Program-made: the position numbers and the translations under genes
The notes under the pieces: generated by a model
What the model saw: only the letters and a program-made list of their open reading frames with translations
Told to the model about the DNA's origin: nothing
Databases searched by the model: none
In this document: one piece after another, positions 26,255 through 36,821 of the stretch
Position numbering within the stretch: the stretch's first letter is position 1
How the letters are laid out: each line of letters opens with the position of its first letter
Assembly: GCA_010093605.1 (NCBI GenBank)
Contig: MU004191.1
Coordinates: forward strand, 356,816-420,815
Length of the DNA stretch: 64,000 nucleotides
Origin: Lophium mytilinum
Taxonomy: Eukaryota
Direction of reading: 5' to 3'

Positions 26255-28049
26255 ATGGAAGTTGCTGGCCTCGCGCTCGGTGTGGCCGGCCTTGCTAGGC
26301 TCTTCTCCGCCTGTGCTAACGGTTTCGCTCTCATCCGCCGAGGCCGAGCGTTAGGTCACGATGTCCGGATCCTCGAAGCCAAGTTCAGTAATCAAGAGCT
26401 GAGACTCAGAGCTTGGGGACGGGCGTGTGGGTTTGCTGAAGACGGCGAGGCTGGGAGGCGTGGAGTCGAAGGCGCTGAAACGAACAAGAACTATGATGAG
26501 CGACTCGATGTGCCGGAGTTGAGAGCGAATGTTGCGGAGACGCTGGAGTGTATTACGACGTTGCTTTACGATGGGGCTGGGTTGCGGGGCCGGTACGGGT
26601 TGAAACCTTTCCCAGTTGATGAGAATAACGACGCGTCGTCGCCGACTGCTGATAGTGCGGATGGGGTAGAGAAACGGAAGAATTTCAATCGACTTAGTTT
26701 TCTGCATAGTAGCAGGGCCAACAAGGAAAAGAGCAGCTCGTTTCGTTCGTCAGCGGCGTGGGCGATCGAGGACAGGTCCAAGTTTGCCGAGCTGGTTTCT
26801 CTTCTCAAGGACTTGGTTGATGATTTGGAGGATATTACTCGAGCCACAGACATCCCGAGACGGCAGCTGGTGTTCATCGGGTACGAAATAGAGGCAATAA
26901 CGGATGTGGAAACTCTAGAGGAGATGGAAATGACTGGAGAAGGAGAACATGACACGGTTTCGGACGCTGCGAGCTTGAGGCTTGAGGTTATCTCAGGAGC
27001 TGCTTCTAGTGTGCGAGCATCGATCGGATCCAGGAGTCTACGGTCGTTCAGAACGCTGCAGTCGTATGAGACTGCGAGAAGTCGGTTCTCTGATCCAAGC
27101 AGTCGGTCCTCCGTTGCCAGCACTGCGGACAGAAATACAAGAGTGGATCTCAAATGTGCTAAGTAAGACTGGTAGACTCGAAATCAACATTGGAGAATGC
27201 TTGCTGATTTAGTCCAGAGTACTCGTCACAGGACCACTAGAGTCATACAAAACGCACTTACTCCAGAATTTCATTTCTACCTCTATCCTCAGACATTATA
27301 AAAGAGCTGTCTTTGAGAGGTATCAGGCGGCATCGCCAGCATTCCTGTAAGTGTATACCGTCGACTCCGGGTCTATAGAATACACTTACGGCTTGGACAT
27401 GATCACATAATCTGACCGTGGTGAAATGTAGTCTTAATGGTCACATCGTGGTACCGTTCAGATATGACGATCATGAGATAATGTTTTCTCTTTGGGACAC
27501 AGTTGGAGAGGAAAATTATGATAGACGACAGCTTTACTCAAATGCTGACGTCGTCTTAATATGTAATTCCGCGTCCGTAACCGGAAGAAATGAAATGCGA
27601 CAAACATGGGCACCTGAGGCGAAATCCAGCAACACCCCTTACATGCTTGTAAACATAAAGCCGGGTGATGGTGATAATGGCGTGTTTACGAATGTGGCAG
27701 AAGAAACAGAAGAAGGTGCTCATGTGTCCACGTCGGAGATACTCGGGTTAAATCTTGGTGATGAATTTGGGGCGCTTTCTTACCTTCAATGCAGCTTGTC
27801 CGATGAGAACTCCGTGACCCAAGTTTTTGAACGGGTCAGCACTCCGATAACCTTCCATTTGAGAAGACATTTAACTAAATCCGCTCTCTGACACAGATCT
27901 TCCAGTACTTTATACCAAATTCAGCTAAGGCAACACAGACACAATTGAGTAGAACTTTCAATGTACCGGCAGACTTGATGATATGCAGGTGGCCGAATGA
28001 GGTTCCTTCGATGACTGCTAGGAGACTGTGGCCAAATAAATTTCCCTAG
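26255..28049 (+). CDS. HeLo (HET-S/MLKL-like) domain fused to a degenerate Rho-family GTPase domain (~520 aa)
   Basis: Exons 26255-27162, 27218-27346, 27462-27834, 27897-28049 keep frame. N-terminal MEVAGLALGVAGLARLFSAC...ELRLRAWGRACGF...WAIEDRSKFAELVSLLKDLVDDL is HeLo-like. C-terminal KVLVTGPLESYKT / YKRAVFERY / LWDTVGEENYDR / YSNADVVLIC / YLQCSL..VTQVFE is Rho-like. Last exon least certain. Confidence 0.8.
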
Positions 28050-28196
28050 CTTTGACCTTTGCATTGTGTATGGAGTTTTGAAAGCGTACGGGGGTACCCT
28101 AAGCAGTGGCAAGGAGTGACTAAACCTATGCCTTGGTACTGTAACGTGATTCATATACCGAGAACGGTGCGAGCGAAAACGTCCGCCTGATATGGT

Positions 28197-28364
28197 GTCG
28201 TCGTGCTTGACGTGCCGATATGAAGGATTCATTCCGCGATGTTGCTTCATAGGTGACACTGTCAGAGATGCCTCAAGTGGCTACCCAAGCAACTAGCACA
28301 ATGTCAAGAGCTTAAGGTCCCAAGTGAAGAGGCTCCAGCAGCCGCGTTGACGTACAAACTACAG
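28197..28364 (+). repeat. Diverged ~170-bp direct repeat, copy 1 (copy 2 at 31351-31518)
   Basis: Colinear shared blocks gtcgtcgtgctt, ccgat, ttgctt, cctcaag, acaatgtcaagag, tgaagaggct, cagcagccg, ttgacgtacaa at an offset of ~3,154 bp. Confidence 0.8.
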
Positions 28365-28795
28365 AACCGACGACCTCCGTAGGTATATGATTCTGCACAA
28401 CTGCAAATAGTCTTACCTACCCCTACAAAACGCCATCTCTAGAAAACGTTCAACCTCATCTAAGTTAATCTTTGCCTACAGTTCTACGGGAGCGCTTCTG
28501 GTAGAATCGATATGAGTCACGCGGTTACTCCACAAAAATGCTGGGTAAGGTATCGAGAAAGAGCTTTGCATTGCGAGCCCAATCTTAAGGAGCGTGAATG
28601 CTGCTACTTAGAGCAAACTTCCCAAACTTTTTCTTCACCATGAACCTAAAAGAGCGTGGTAAGACTTTAAACACCATAGCCTCCGCCTCTCCGCCTTCCT
28701 CCCCCACCACCCTAGATTCCTGCAATCTCCCTCACACCTTTCAAGAAACTCACGCCATTCACGGCATGGACAAGTCTGTTGCGTCCGCCCTACAC

Positions 28796-29153
28796 TTAAA
28801 GCTTGACGCAGTTGAGTGCGTTGATAGAAATAATGGCGCCCTATCATTGGTACAAGATCAGCTCTGGGTGGCAGTAGCGCGCTAAGGGAAGAGCAGAAAG
28901 AAGCTTAAATTGGAATCGGGAGGGATTGAATCAGAGGACTAAATAGAAGAGGGTTGCTTACAGTTGTGGCGTCAGTAGAGCAGCAGTACGTCGAGGCGTC
29001 ACAGTTGCTGCCGAGCACTTGGACCACGCAGTTGAGTACTCCGGTGCAGCACACCTGCTTGTTGTTCCCGCCGTTGCAGCTCCCCCCATCATTAGGGGCA
29101 GCAGAGGTGGCGAGAGCCAAGGAAAGGATGGAGAAGACGGTAGATGGCTTCAT
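28796..29153 (-). CDS. Small secreted 8-Cys hydrophobin (78 aa, atypical spacing)
   Basis: Exons 29153-28962 and 28840-28796: MKPSTVFSILSLALATSAAPNDGGSCNGGNNKQVCCTGVLNCVVQVLGSNCDASTYCCSTDATTGAIISINALNCVKL. Signal peptide plus C-CC-C-C-CC-C pattern. Confidence 0.88.
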
Positions 29154-31010
29154 TTTGGGATGATATGGAGAAGAGTTTTGAAGTTGGAATGGATGATATG
29201 ATGAAGTGAAGGTATGGTGCTTGTTGCTTCTGGCTGTTTGCGTTGTGCTGATGATTGCAGATCGGAATGAAGGGCCATGGCTCTTATATAGACGCCCGAG
29301 CACGTTCAGGTAGAGCCTTAGCTAGAAGTCACGTCCCTTCTCAGCTCAGCTTTCCTCCTCCTTTTCCAGCTGTACAGGGTCTACCTAGTTTCATTAAATC
29401 CCTCTTGATGCAGAAATTTCTATTGGAACGTAATGAAGTCGGCATGTTGACGATTAACAGGAGTGCATTAAGGTTTCAACTGCAAGCCTCAAAGACGCCT
29501 CTTTATCCATCACACCGCTCGTGATGCAAGAGTTTCCACAAAATGTAGAGAAAACTTTCAAGGGAGCGCATCTACGATCCTTATTCATCCCTTACAAAAT
29601 AACAAAGCCATAGCAAAGCAAAGAGCACTCTAATTCTCCCAGAGACCGGAATAGCTAGCAAAATTACGCAAGGGAAACAGATCAAGGCGGATATGCCAAC
29701 GATTTGTGCGTGAGACTCTAGGAGATATACTGGAAGAAGTCTACATTAGCAATTGTTTAGCCGTCAGGGGTTTCCATTTATTACAGTCTACTGCGCTTCT
29801 GCGGAGCTATTCATACTCAATTATTTCCCAAGTAGTGGTAGTTAGCATATCCCCAAGGCAGAGATATCAAGCTATACAAAACACCTAGCTGACCAACCGA
29901 CCACAAACCTTTCAACCAAACTTTCTAATACAACACGCTGCGGTGTAAAAAGACTCTGAGACATAATCCAAATGCGGTTGCGGGGGATCGTCGAGCTGCA
30001 TCTATGACGCCTAATTGGGGCCTGTGGGTTCCGCGGGCCGGACCTTAGACTTTCCGCAATTCTGAGCTGATTCGGTGGACGCTTGGAAAGCTTAACCCCA
30101 GATACCAGTAGCTTCAGATGGAGACTCTGCCCGAGAGGGCTCAGGCCGGCTTCTTCCCCTATTGGCAGAGCAGCGCTCCGGAGTCCACTGATGACTCCCC
30201 GTGCCGCGATCCGATGCGCGTGCTAAAGAATCTGCATTAGCTCTTGTGTTACGCATAGGTACCATACTGGCGGCTACGCGTAGTCTACTACTGGGAGCAT
30301 CAAGTTCTTGGCAAGTTGGTTGACGGTCTTGTGTTGTAGACTCTTCAGTCTGCGACTACTTAGCTTTCACGTCATGTGTGGCAGGCTAGGATCGGCTCCC
30401 TCAGGCCTCTACTGTCGACTTTGAAAATAGCTTTCACAGCTCAATGAAGCGGTCAGTGAAAGCCAGTTGACGCACAAGCCGTCAAGTGAGCGAACCAGAT
30501 ATACAGCGTTGCATCGAAAGCTTGCAACCACATGCACGAACTGGAACTGGCGAGCAGTCAGCTGCCTGGTTTGAGCGAAATGTCGGTGGATGCTTCTCAC
30601 GAACCAACTACTTTTCACCGGTCTCTTTCCGGCATGCAGCATTGTCTATACTCCTCATATAGCCCACACACACGGGACACACCGGTTGTTTGATGGTCGT
30701 AGTGGGCGGGAGGTTCCGCAAGACACCGAAAGTAAGGCTACTGCCGTCGATGGTGAATCAAGTTAGCCTGCCGTTCCAAGTATCTGGTTCTGGCAACTGG
30801 TCGAATGTTTTCCATAGCGTTATGCCAGTACATTGAACAGGAGGGTTTCCGGACTTTGAGACTCGTTTGACTGATCGTAGATGTGACCAGCCCCGTGGCA
30901 TCGAATTCTCGAATCGAGAGTTGGGCTTGGAAATACTCCCTGCGTTTCTGCGATTGGAACCGCCCCCTCAAGCACCGCCATATTCTTCCAGATCTGCCAG
31001 GCTGCTGTAA

Positions 31011-31084
31011 GTGCGTCCGCGGAAGCAATCAGGATGTGTGTCCGCGGAAGAAATCAGGATGTGCGTCCGCGGAAGCAATCAGGA
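31011..31084 (+). repeat. Three tandem copies of a 25-bp unit (GTGYGTCCGCGGAAGMAATCAGGAT)
   Basis: Units at 31011, 31036 and 31061; no spacers. Confidence 0.95.
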
Positions 31085-31350
31085 AAGGTCGGTCGAGGAA
31101 GCCTTTGGCCTCTAAGTGGTGATTGCGTTGTAACCAGCGTCCTGTTCTCTACTTGCTCGCGGTGTCTAACTCTTTTTTTACTTCAGATTGCGGATTCGAC
31201 CTTTTGGTTTATACGATCCTCAAGAGGAGTCTGGCCCATCCATCATGTGTGGCTCTGTGACAAGAACTGGTAGTGAACAGTGAACAGCTGGTACTCTACC
31301 GTTTCGAACACTAGAATTAGCCCCTTTTGGTGGCGTAATCGTAGGAAGGC

Positions 31351-31518
31351 GTCGTCGTGCTTAACGACCGATGTAGACGGTTCGTTCGACAATCTTGCTT
31401 TAAGGGCAGCATTGTTAGGGAAACCTCAAGAAGCTGTCCAAGTCAGAGGTACAATGTCAAGAGTTCAGAGAGTCCAAATGAAGAGGCTTCAGCAGCCGAG
31501 TTGACGTACAACACACAG
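31351..31518 (+). repeat. Diverged ~170-bp direct repeat, copy 2
   Basis: See copy 1; lies immediately downstream of the LysRS stop. Confidence 0.8.
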
Positions 31519-31598
31519 GCCCACTGGACCCTCGCCCGTATCCGCACAACCCTAAGTCATCCCACAAATTCCCCAACACACGGTGGCGCCCCTAACAT

Positions 31599-33446
31599 CT
31601 ACCTATCCTTCCCATTCCTAGCAATAGCAACCACATTCCTCAACGTCCCAAACGGCAACACATCCGCAATCCTCTTCTTCCCCCCAAACAGCATCACCAG
31701 CCTATCCACTCCACAACCCCACCCCCCCGTCGGCGGCATCCCCCACTCCAGCGCCTCGATATAGCTCTCATCCACACAGACCCCGGCGTCCGCTTTCGCG
31801 GGTTGGAAGCCCAGCTGCTGCTCGAACTTGCGGCGCTGCTCGAATGGCGAGTTCTCCTCTTCGTACGCGTTGACGTACTCGCGGCCTTTGATGAAGAGCT
31901 CGACGCGCGCGGCGACGCGCTGGTTGGTGATGGGGTCGAGGAAGGATTTGGATAGCGGGGAGAGAGCTTCCGGGTGGTGTGTTATGAAAGTGGGCGTGGT
32001 GCAGAGGGGCTCGATGTAGTGTTCTGCGAGGTCGTCGAGGAGGCGGGGAAGAGTGGGGTTTGTGGGAACGGTGAGGGAGAGAGTCTCATAGAGGGAGAGG
32101 ATGGTGGAGGTGGCGTCGGGGGCGGAGAGATCGGGGAGGGGTTGGCCGATAGCGGATTCAATTGTGGGAATGAAGGCGAGGCGCTGGAACGGATTGGAGA
32201 AGTCGACGGTTGGGGCTGGGATGGATGGGAATTCGGTGGCATGACAGCCTTGGATCATTGAGGAGATTTCGCGGAAGAGGGTTTCTGTTCGAAGGATGAG
32301 GTCCTCGAGGGTTGCGCCGACTTCGTAGAATTCGCAGATCGTAAATTCGGGGTTGTGAGTGGTGTCGACGCCTGATGTAAATGAGTAAAATGTAGGAGAA
32401 AAGCTTCTAGGAATTATACCTTCATTGCGGAACACTCGTCCCATCTCAAAGACCTTCTCATTCCCAGCAATGACTAATCTCTTGAGAGACAACTCCGGGG
32501 CTATTCGCAGCCGTAATGTGGCATCCATCATCTCTGTCGCCACGGTCTCAAAGGGTCTCGCAATTGCACCACCAGCTCCAACATCAAACATGGGTGTTTC
32601 CACTTCCATGAAATCACGATCGGTAAGGAACGTCCGAAGTAGCTGATATATCCGACTGCGTAACCTCAGAATATCCCCTGATTGTCGATTGACTAACTGA
32701 CGAACGTGTGGATGTCTGGAGAGAGTCTCGAGATCTTCAATGGTCTCGGGAATTGAGTGCAACGACGGCGCCAGTGATTTAGGAAGCTCTGTTGCAACTA
32801 GAGAAAGTTCTCCGCTCGAAGTCCTTTTCGGGTATCCGGTGATGGCTACCTCGTGTTAGAATGATTGACGACAGAAGAAATGAGAAGCAGATCTTACAGA
32901 ACCAGTCCCCCTTCCTCACGACCTTCTTGAACTGCTTAAAATCCTCAAGGCTCACACCATGCTCGGCCAAAACACCAAAATCGCACATGCCCTGAAATTT
33001 CCCAGTTTGGCGCTCAATGTCGAGGAACACGAGCTTATTCCCTGCCGTGCGGCGCGACCGTATCCTTCCTAGAGCCGTCAGCTCGTAGTTCTGAACGTCC
33101 AACAGCATAGTGATGTACCGAACATCTCCACGGATTCATTTAGTAGCTTGTCCCCAGCCTCGATGCCCTCATATTTGGCAAGAAAAGAGGCTACAGAGTG
33201 CCGCTGTGCCGCAGAATTGTCCGTCAAACGTGGATGGTATGCATTCAAATCGCCCGCCCTCTTGAGCTCAGCCAACCGCTTCTCCGCATCATGATTAGAC
33301 GAAAGCGTCGAGTATATATCCTCCGATACGTTGTGTGAAAATCGTCGTTGGATGGCGCAATATATCCTCGCGTGGTCAGGGTTCGAAATCGGCTTGACGT
33401 TCCTCGAGAGGTACGGCCGGAGGAACCGACAAGCGTTCCTGCTCAT
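31599..33446 (-). CDS. MSK1: Lysyl-tRNA synthetase, class II, probably mitochondrial
   Basis: OB-fold GRIRSRR..KLVFLDI, motif 1 FMEVETP, LRIAPEL, motif 2 FRNEG..HNPEFT, motif 3 GMPPTGGWGCGVDRLVML. Arg-rich N-terminus MSRNACRFLRPYL. Introns at 33118-33069, ~32900-32850 and 32419-32372. Confidence 0.9.
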
Positions 33447-33901
33447 ACTTTCAACGGTCAGCTTCGTTGTTCTCGAGTATATAGCAGAATCTAGAAACAA
33501 AGACAATAGAGGCAATCAGCGGTACAGTAGTTATGATCAAGCGAGTGAAAAAATCCACACGTCATTCGCAACGGTTCTAATGTTATGGTGTAAATTCATC
33601 ATTAAGGCCCCATCAACAGAACAAAGAGAGGTTCATACCATACCTGTTCCCGATCAGTTGCGCGCGCTGCTCATGGCATTGACGTTGTAACCTAGAAGTC
33701 AGAGAACTTCGAGGATGGGTGGTGTCCGACACACCGCCGAAATTCTCTACACGTGACTATCATATGGCCCAAGCTCCGAATTTCTCCCAACTATCACCGA
33801 CGTGCCTTTTGGGATCGAGCAGGCATCAACCCAACCCCATTGTGCCATCTCTCACAGATCCCCACCACACCAAACCAATCCCCCTTCATCCTCCTCTCAA
33901 A

Positions 33902-34287
33902 ATGTCCTTCCTCTTCGGCGGCCGCCCCCAAATCTCCTCGGAGCAGAAGATCGCAAACGCAGAGGCGGAGATCGATATGGTATCCGACATGTTCTCGCGG
34001 TACGCAACCCACTCCCCTCTCCAATCCCTACACTACCTCCCCCATTTCCCCCTTCTACCCCCACCCGGATGTACCCAAAACTGACGTCTGAGGCACACAG
34101 CCTCGTCAACTCATGCTCTAAAAAATGCCTGGACAAAGACTACCGCGAACCGGACCTCAACAAGGGCGAGTCCGTGTGCCTCGACCGCTGCGTGTCCAAG
34201 TTCTTCGAGGTCAACGTCAAAGTGTCGGAGAAGATGCAGGGGGAGGCGAGCGCGAATGCGGGGGGCGGGTCGCCATTTGGGATGTAG
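33902..34287 (+). CDS. TIM10: Mitochondrial intermembrane-space small Tim chaperone Tim10
   Basis: Twin CX3C (CSKKC, CLDRC), DLNKGESVCLDRCVSKF; one intron ~34000-34100. Confidence 0.95.
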
Positions 34288-35133
34288 ATGGGGGGGTTGA
34301 CGGACTGTATGCATACAAGGAATGAGAGGGTCGAAAGGACGTGAGGGCTAAGGGACGCAACCGCTGGCGAAACATATGCGAGCGAGGGGTGGAAGGGTGG
34401 CGGAGAAGTGGGATGCGCTGCGTGCGGATATTAGGAGGGATTAGGAGGGGAACTCTGCTCTGCTTGTATTGGGAGTTTTGGGATGTGCAAAATTATAGGA
34501 TATGAGGGATGCTGTGCCTAACGGGGTACGACGACCAGTGTAGGATGGGGGATGGATCAGGTTATGCCTGAAATGTATAGTACTAGGGAGCGCGGATGAG
34601 CTTGCGCAATCAATTGGAGACAGTTCTCTGCGTCACTTTCTTGCATCTGCGATTAAGCACCATTCGCTTTCCGTATTCAACTTTCTTCCTTGCAGCTTCT
34701 TCCAGCTTTTCTCGTATACTTTCACATCACGTGGAAAGATTGCTCCATTCGGTGGAAAACATATAATTTTAGTTTACTGGAGTATCAACTAATAGCGCGC
34801 TATGTACCAATCGCTCTTGATCAACCAGGAGCTGTCGTCGCTATGTGCCCAGGGTATCTTATACAAACTCGAACAAATATCAAACCCGCAGCCGACCCTA
34901 TATCAATTTGAGAAAGAGGCCATCTCGCAAGTTCCGCGGTATAGCAAATTCTGCACCTTCCTGCCCAACCAGACCCAACCATCCCAGAAGCCGTTACCCG
35001 TTCATGTACAAAACGAGGCCGTCGTACAGATGAAACAATCTTTTGTGACATAAAAACTATTATCTTGGTGAAATGAAGCTCTCCTGTGTAACCAGTACAG
35101 GAGAGTATGGGAAAAAAGAAAGCGGTGCTCTAT

Positions 35134-36821
35134 TTAGCCTTGCATCGCCAGCGCTCTGCCTTGGCTGCTCGGATGCATCGATGCAAATGCTGAGTAGTCG
35201 GGAAGTCCATCAGGGCCCCCCATCGGAGACGCTTGTACAGGGGCAACATTGCGAGGCGTCCACATCTCATTTGCGTCTTGGATGGCCAGGCTTTCAGCGC
35301 GCGTTTCCCGTATCCGCGCAGCGCCGCTCTCGGAGGTGTCGGCCGCGATTTGAATGGGGAGCTTGACGGTCATGCTGGGGTCGGCGATACCAGGGGCGTG
35401 GACTGAGAGGCTCAGATTCAGGGCGTAAACACGCGAGATGAGACAAGAGTGAAACGTCGGGACGAAGTTCTTGTTCTCGGGGAGGGTGATGGGGACTAGA
35501 AGCGTAGCGGTGTAGAAGGACTTCCCCTTGTAGTTCTTGGTGGCATTTGCGGTGGAGTAGGTAGATGTGTTAGTGTGCGGTAAGCTGCTCGAGCTGTTAC
35601 GTCCCTGCTCGGAGCAATCTGATACACCAGAGTCACGGCGCGACAAGGCGAGCGAAGCTTCCGATTCATGACGATGCCATTGTGCGGAAGCAACACACAT
35701 CTTGGACAAATCGACCATTTCCGAGTAGAAGCCGCACATGAGGTCGTAATCATTTGTAGATCGGTTGGGGAAGTTAATGCGGGGGTTGCTTGCGAAGAAG
35801 GTCGTGACCTTGATCTTGGAGTTGAGGGAGCCGAAGCGTGGCGGTTGCGCAGACTCGTCGGCGGGATCGAATCGAAGCAGTATCTTGGTCATTGTTGAGA
35901 GAGTGGAAGGCGGCGATCGAGCCCCTGGGATCATCAGAGCCTTGGGTTGCGAGCTCTCCATTACCAGTGTTCCAAGCTTGCCCTTGAACAAGCCCTTACG
36001 GATGACCTTCTCTTGTCGGAGACGGTACTCCTTATCCCTGGAGTCGACGTTGATTGGTGGCTGCACCTCATAAGCGGGCTTGACCCGGATCTTCCTCATC
36101 TTTTCGCCGAGGGTGTATATGGTAGAGTCGGCATCCCGATACTGCGTGACCTTCACCTTGATACCATATGTGATGCGGGACATGTCCGGTGCAAAGTCGT
36201 CAAGTAACATGCCATTGAAGCCCGCCAACTCTGGGTCGCCTAGACTCGGCGGTAGCTCAAGATGCCTCTGGTGCACATGGTCGCTAGCGACTTTGTGGGT
36301 GCAGGCTCGTGGTAGTAGCTGCTCTGGGACGACGAAAGTGAAAGGAAAGTTCTGTGTCTGTCCAGCATACAGGATTCTCGGCTGCGGCATGAGTGAATGA
36401 TCAAGCGGCATCACTAGCTTGAGAAACCGATGGGTTGCCTCTGACCGGCCCGAGATGGTGGGCGTACTGGTTAGCCGGTCAACGTGAGTCTTTGCGAGGC
36501 CTATAAGAATTCATCAGTGACGGAGCTTGGTGGGAAGACATGGAGCTATAACCACTCACCAATAAAAGCGATTTCGATTTCATCAAATCGCGTGTCGCTA
36601 CCGGCAGTGATTGCGACAGTGCCTTGGATACGGTCCATAGTCGAATAGCTCGTGACGTATGAAGCCCGAACAGCGCCACTCGTTTCGGCATCATCGAGCT
36701 GGATGTCGATGGTGGGCCGGCCAAGTTGCGCAATGTTGCGCACTTTGGAGGTAATTTGACTCCCGATCGAGGTCATTGTGTATGAGGTCGATGCCGCCAT
36801 GGTGGACGCAGTATAGGACAT
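35134..36821 (-). CDS. Arrestin/Bul1-like adaptor protein
   Basis: YSTMDRIQGTVAI..FDEIEIAFIG, HRFLKL, FPFTFVVPEQLL..LPPSLGDP, VPTFHSCLISRVY, C-terminal LPDY PY-like motif; one intron ~36559-36502. Confidence 0.8.

Noticed and set aside
31011..31084. CRISPR-like array (also considered for 56434-56490)
   Set aside because: Head-to-tail units with no unique spacers, only three copies, eukaryotic context, no cas genes.
32372..32419. Apparent peptide insertions in LysRS motif 2 and near the bZIP C-terminus (41906-41959)
   Set aside because: These are stop-free 48- and 54-nt GT-AG introns that the ORF track reads through.
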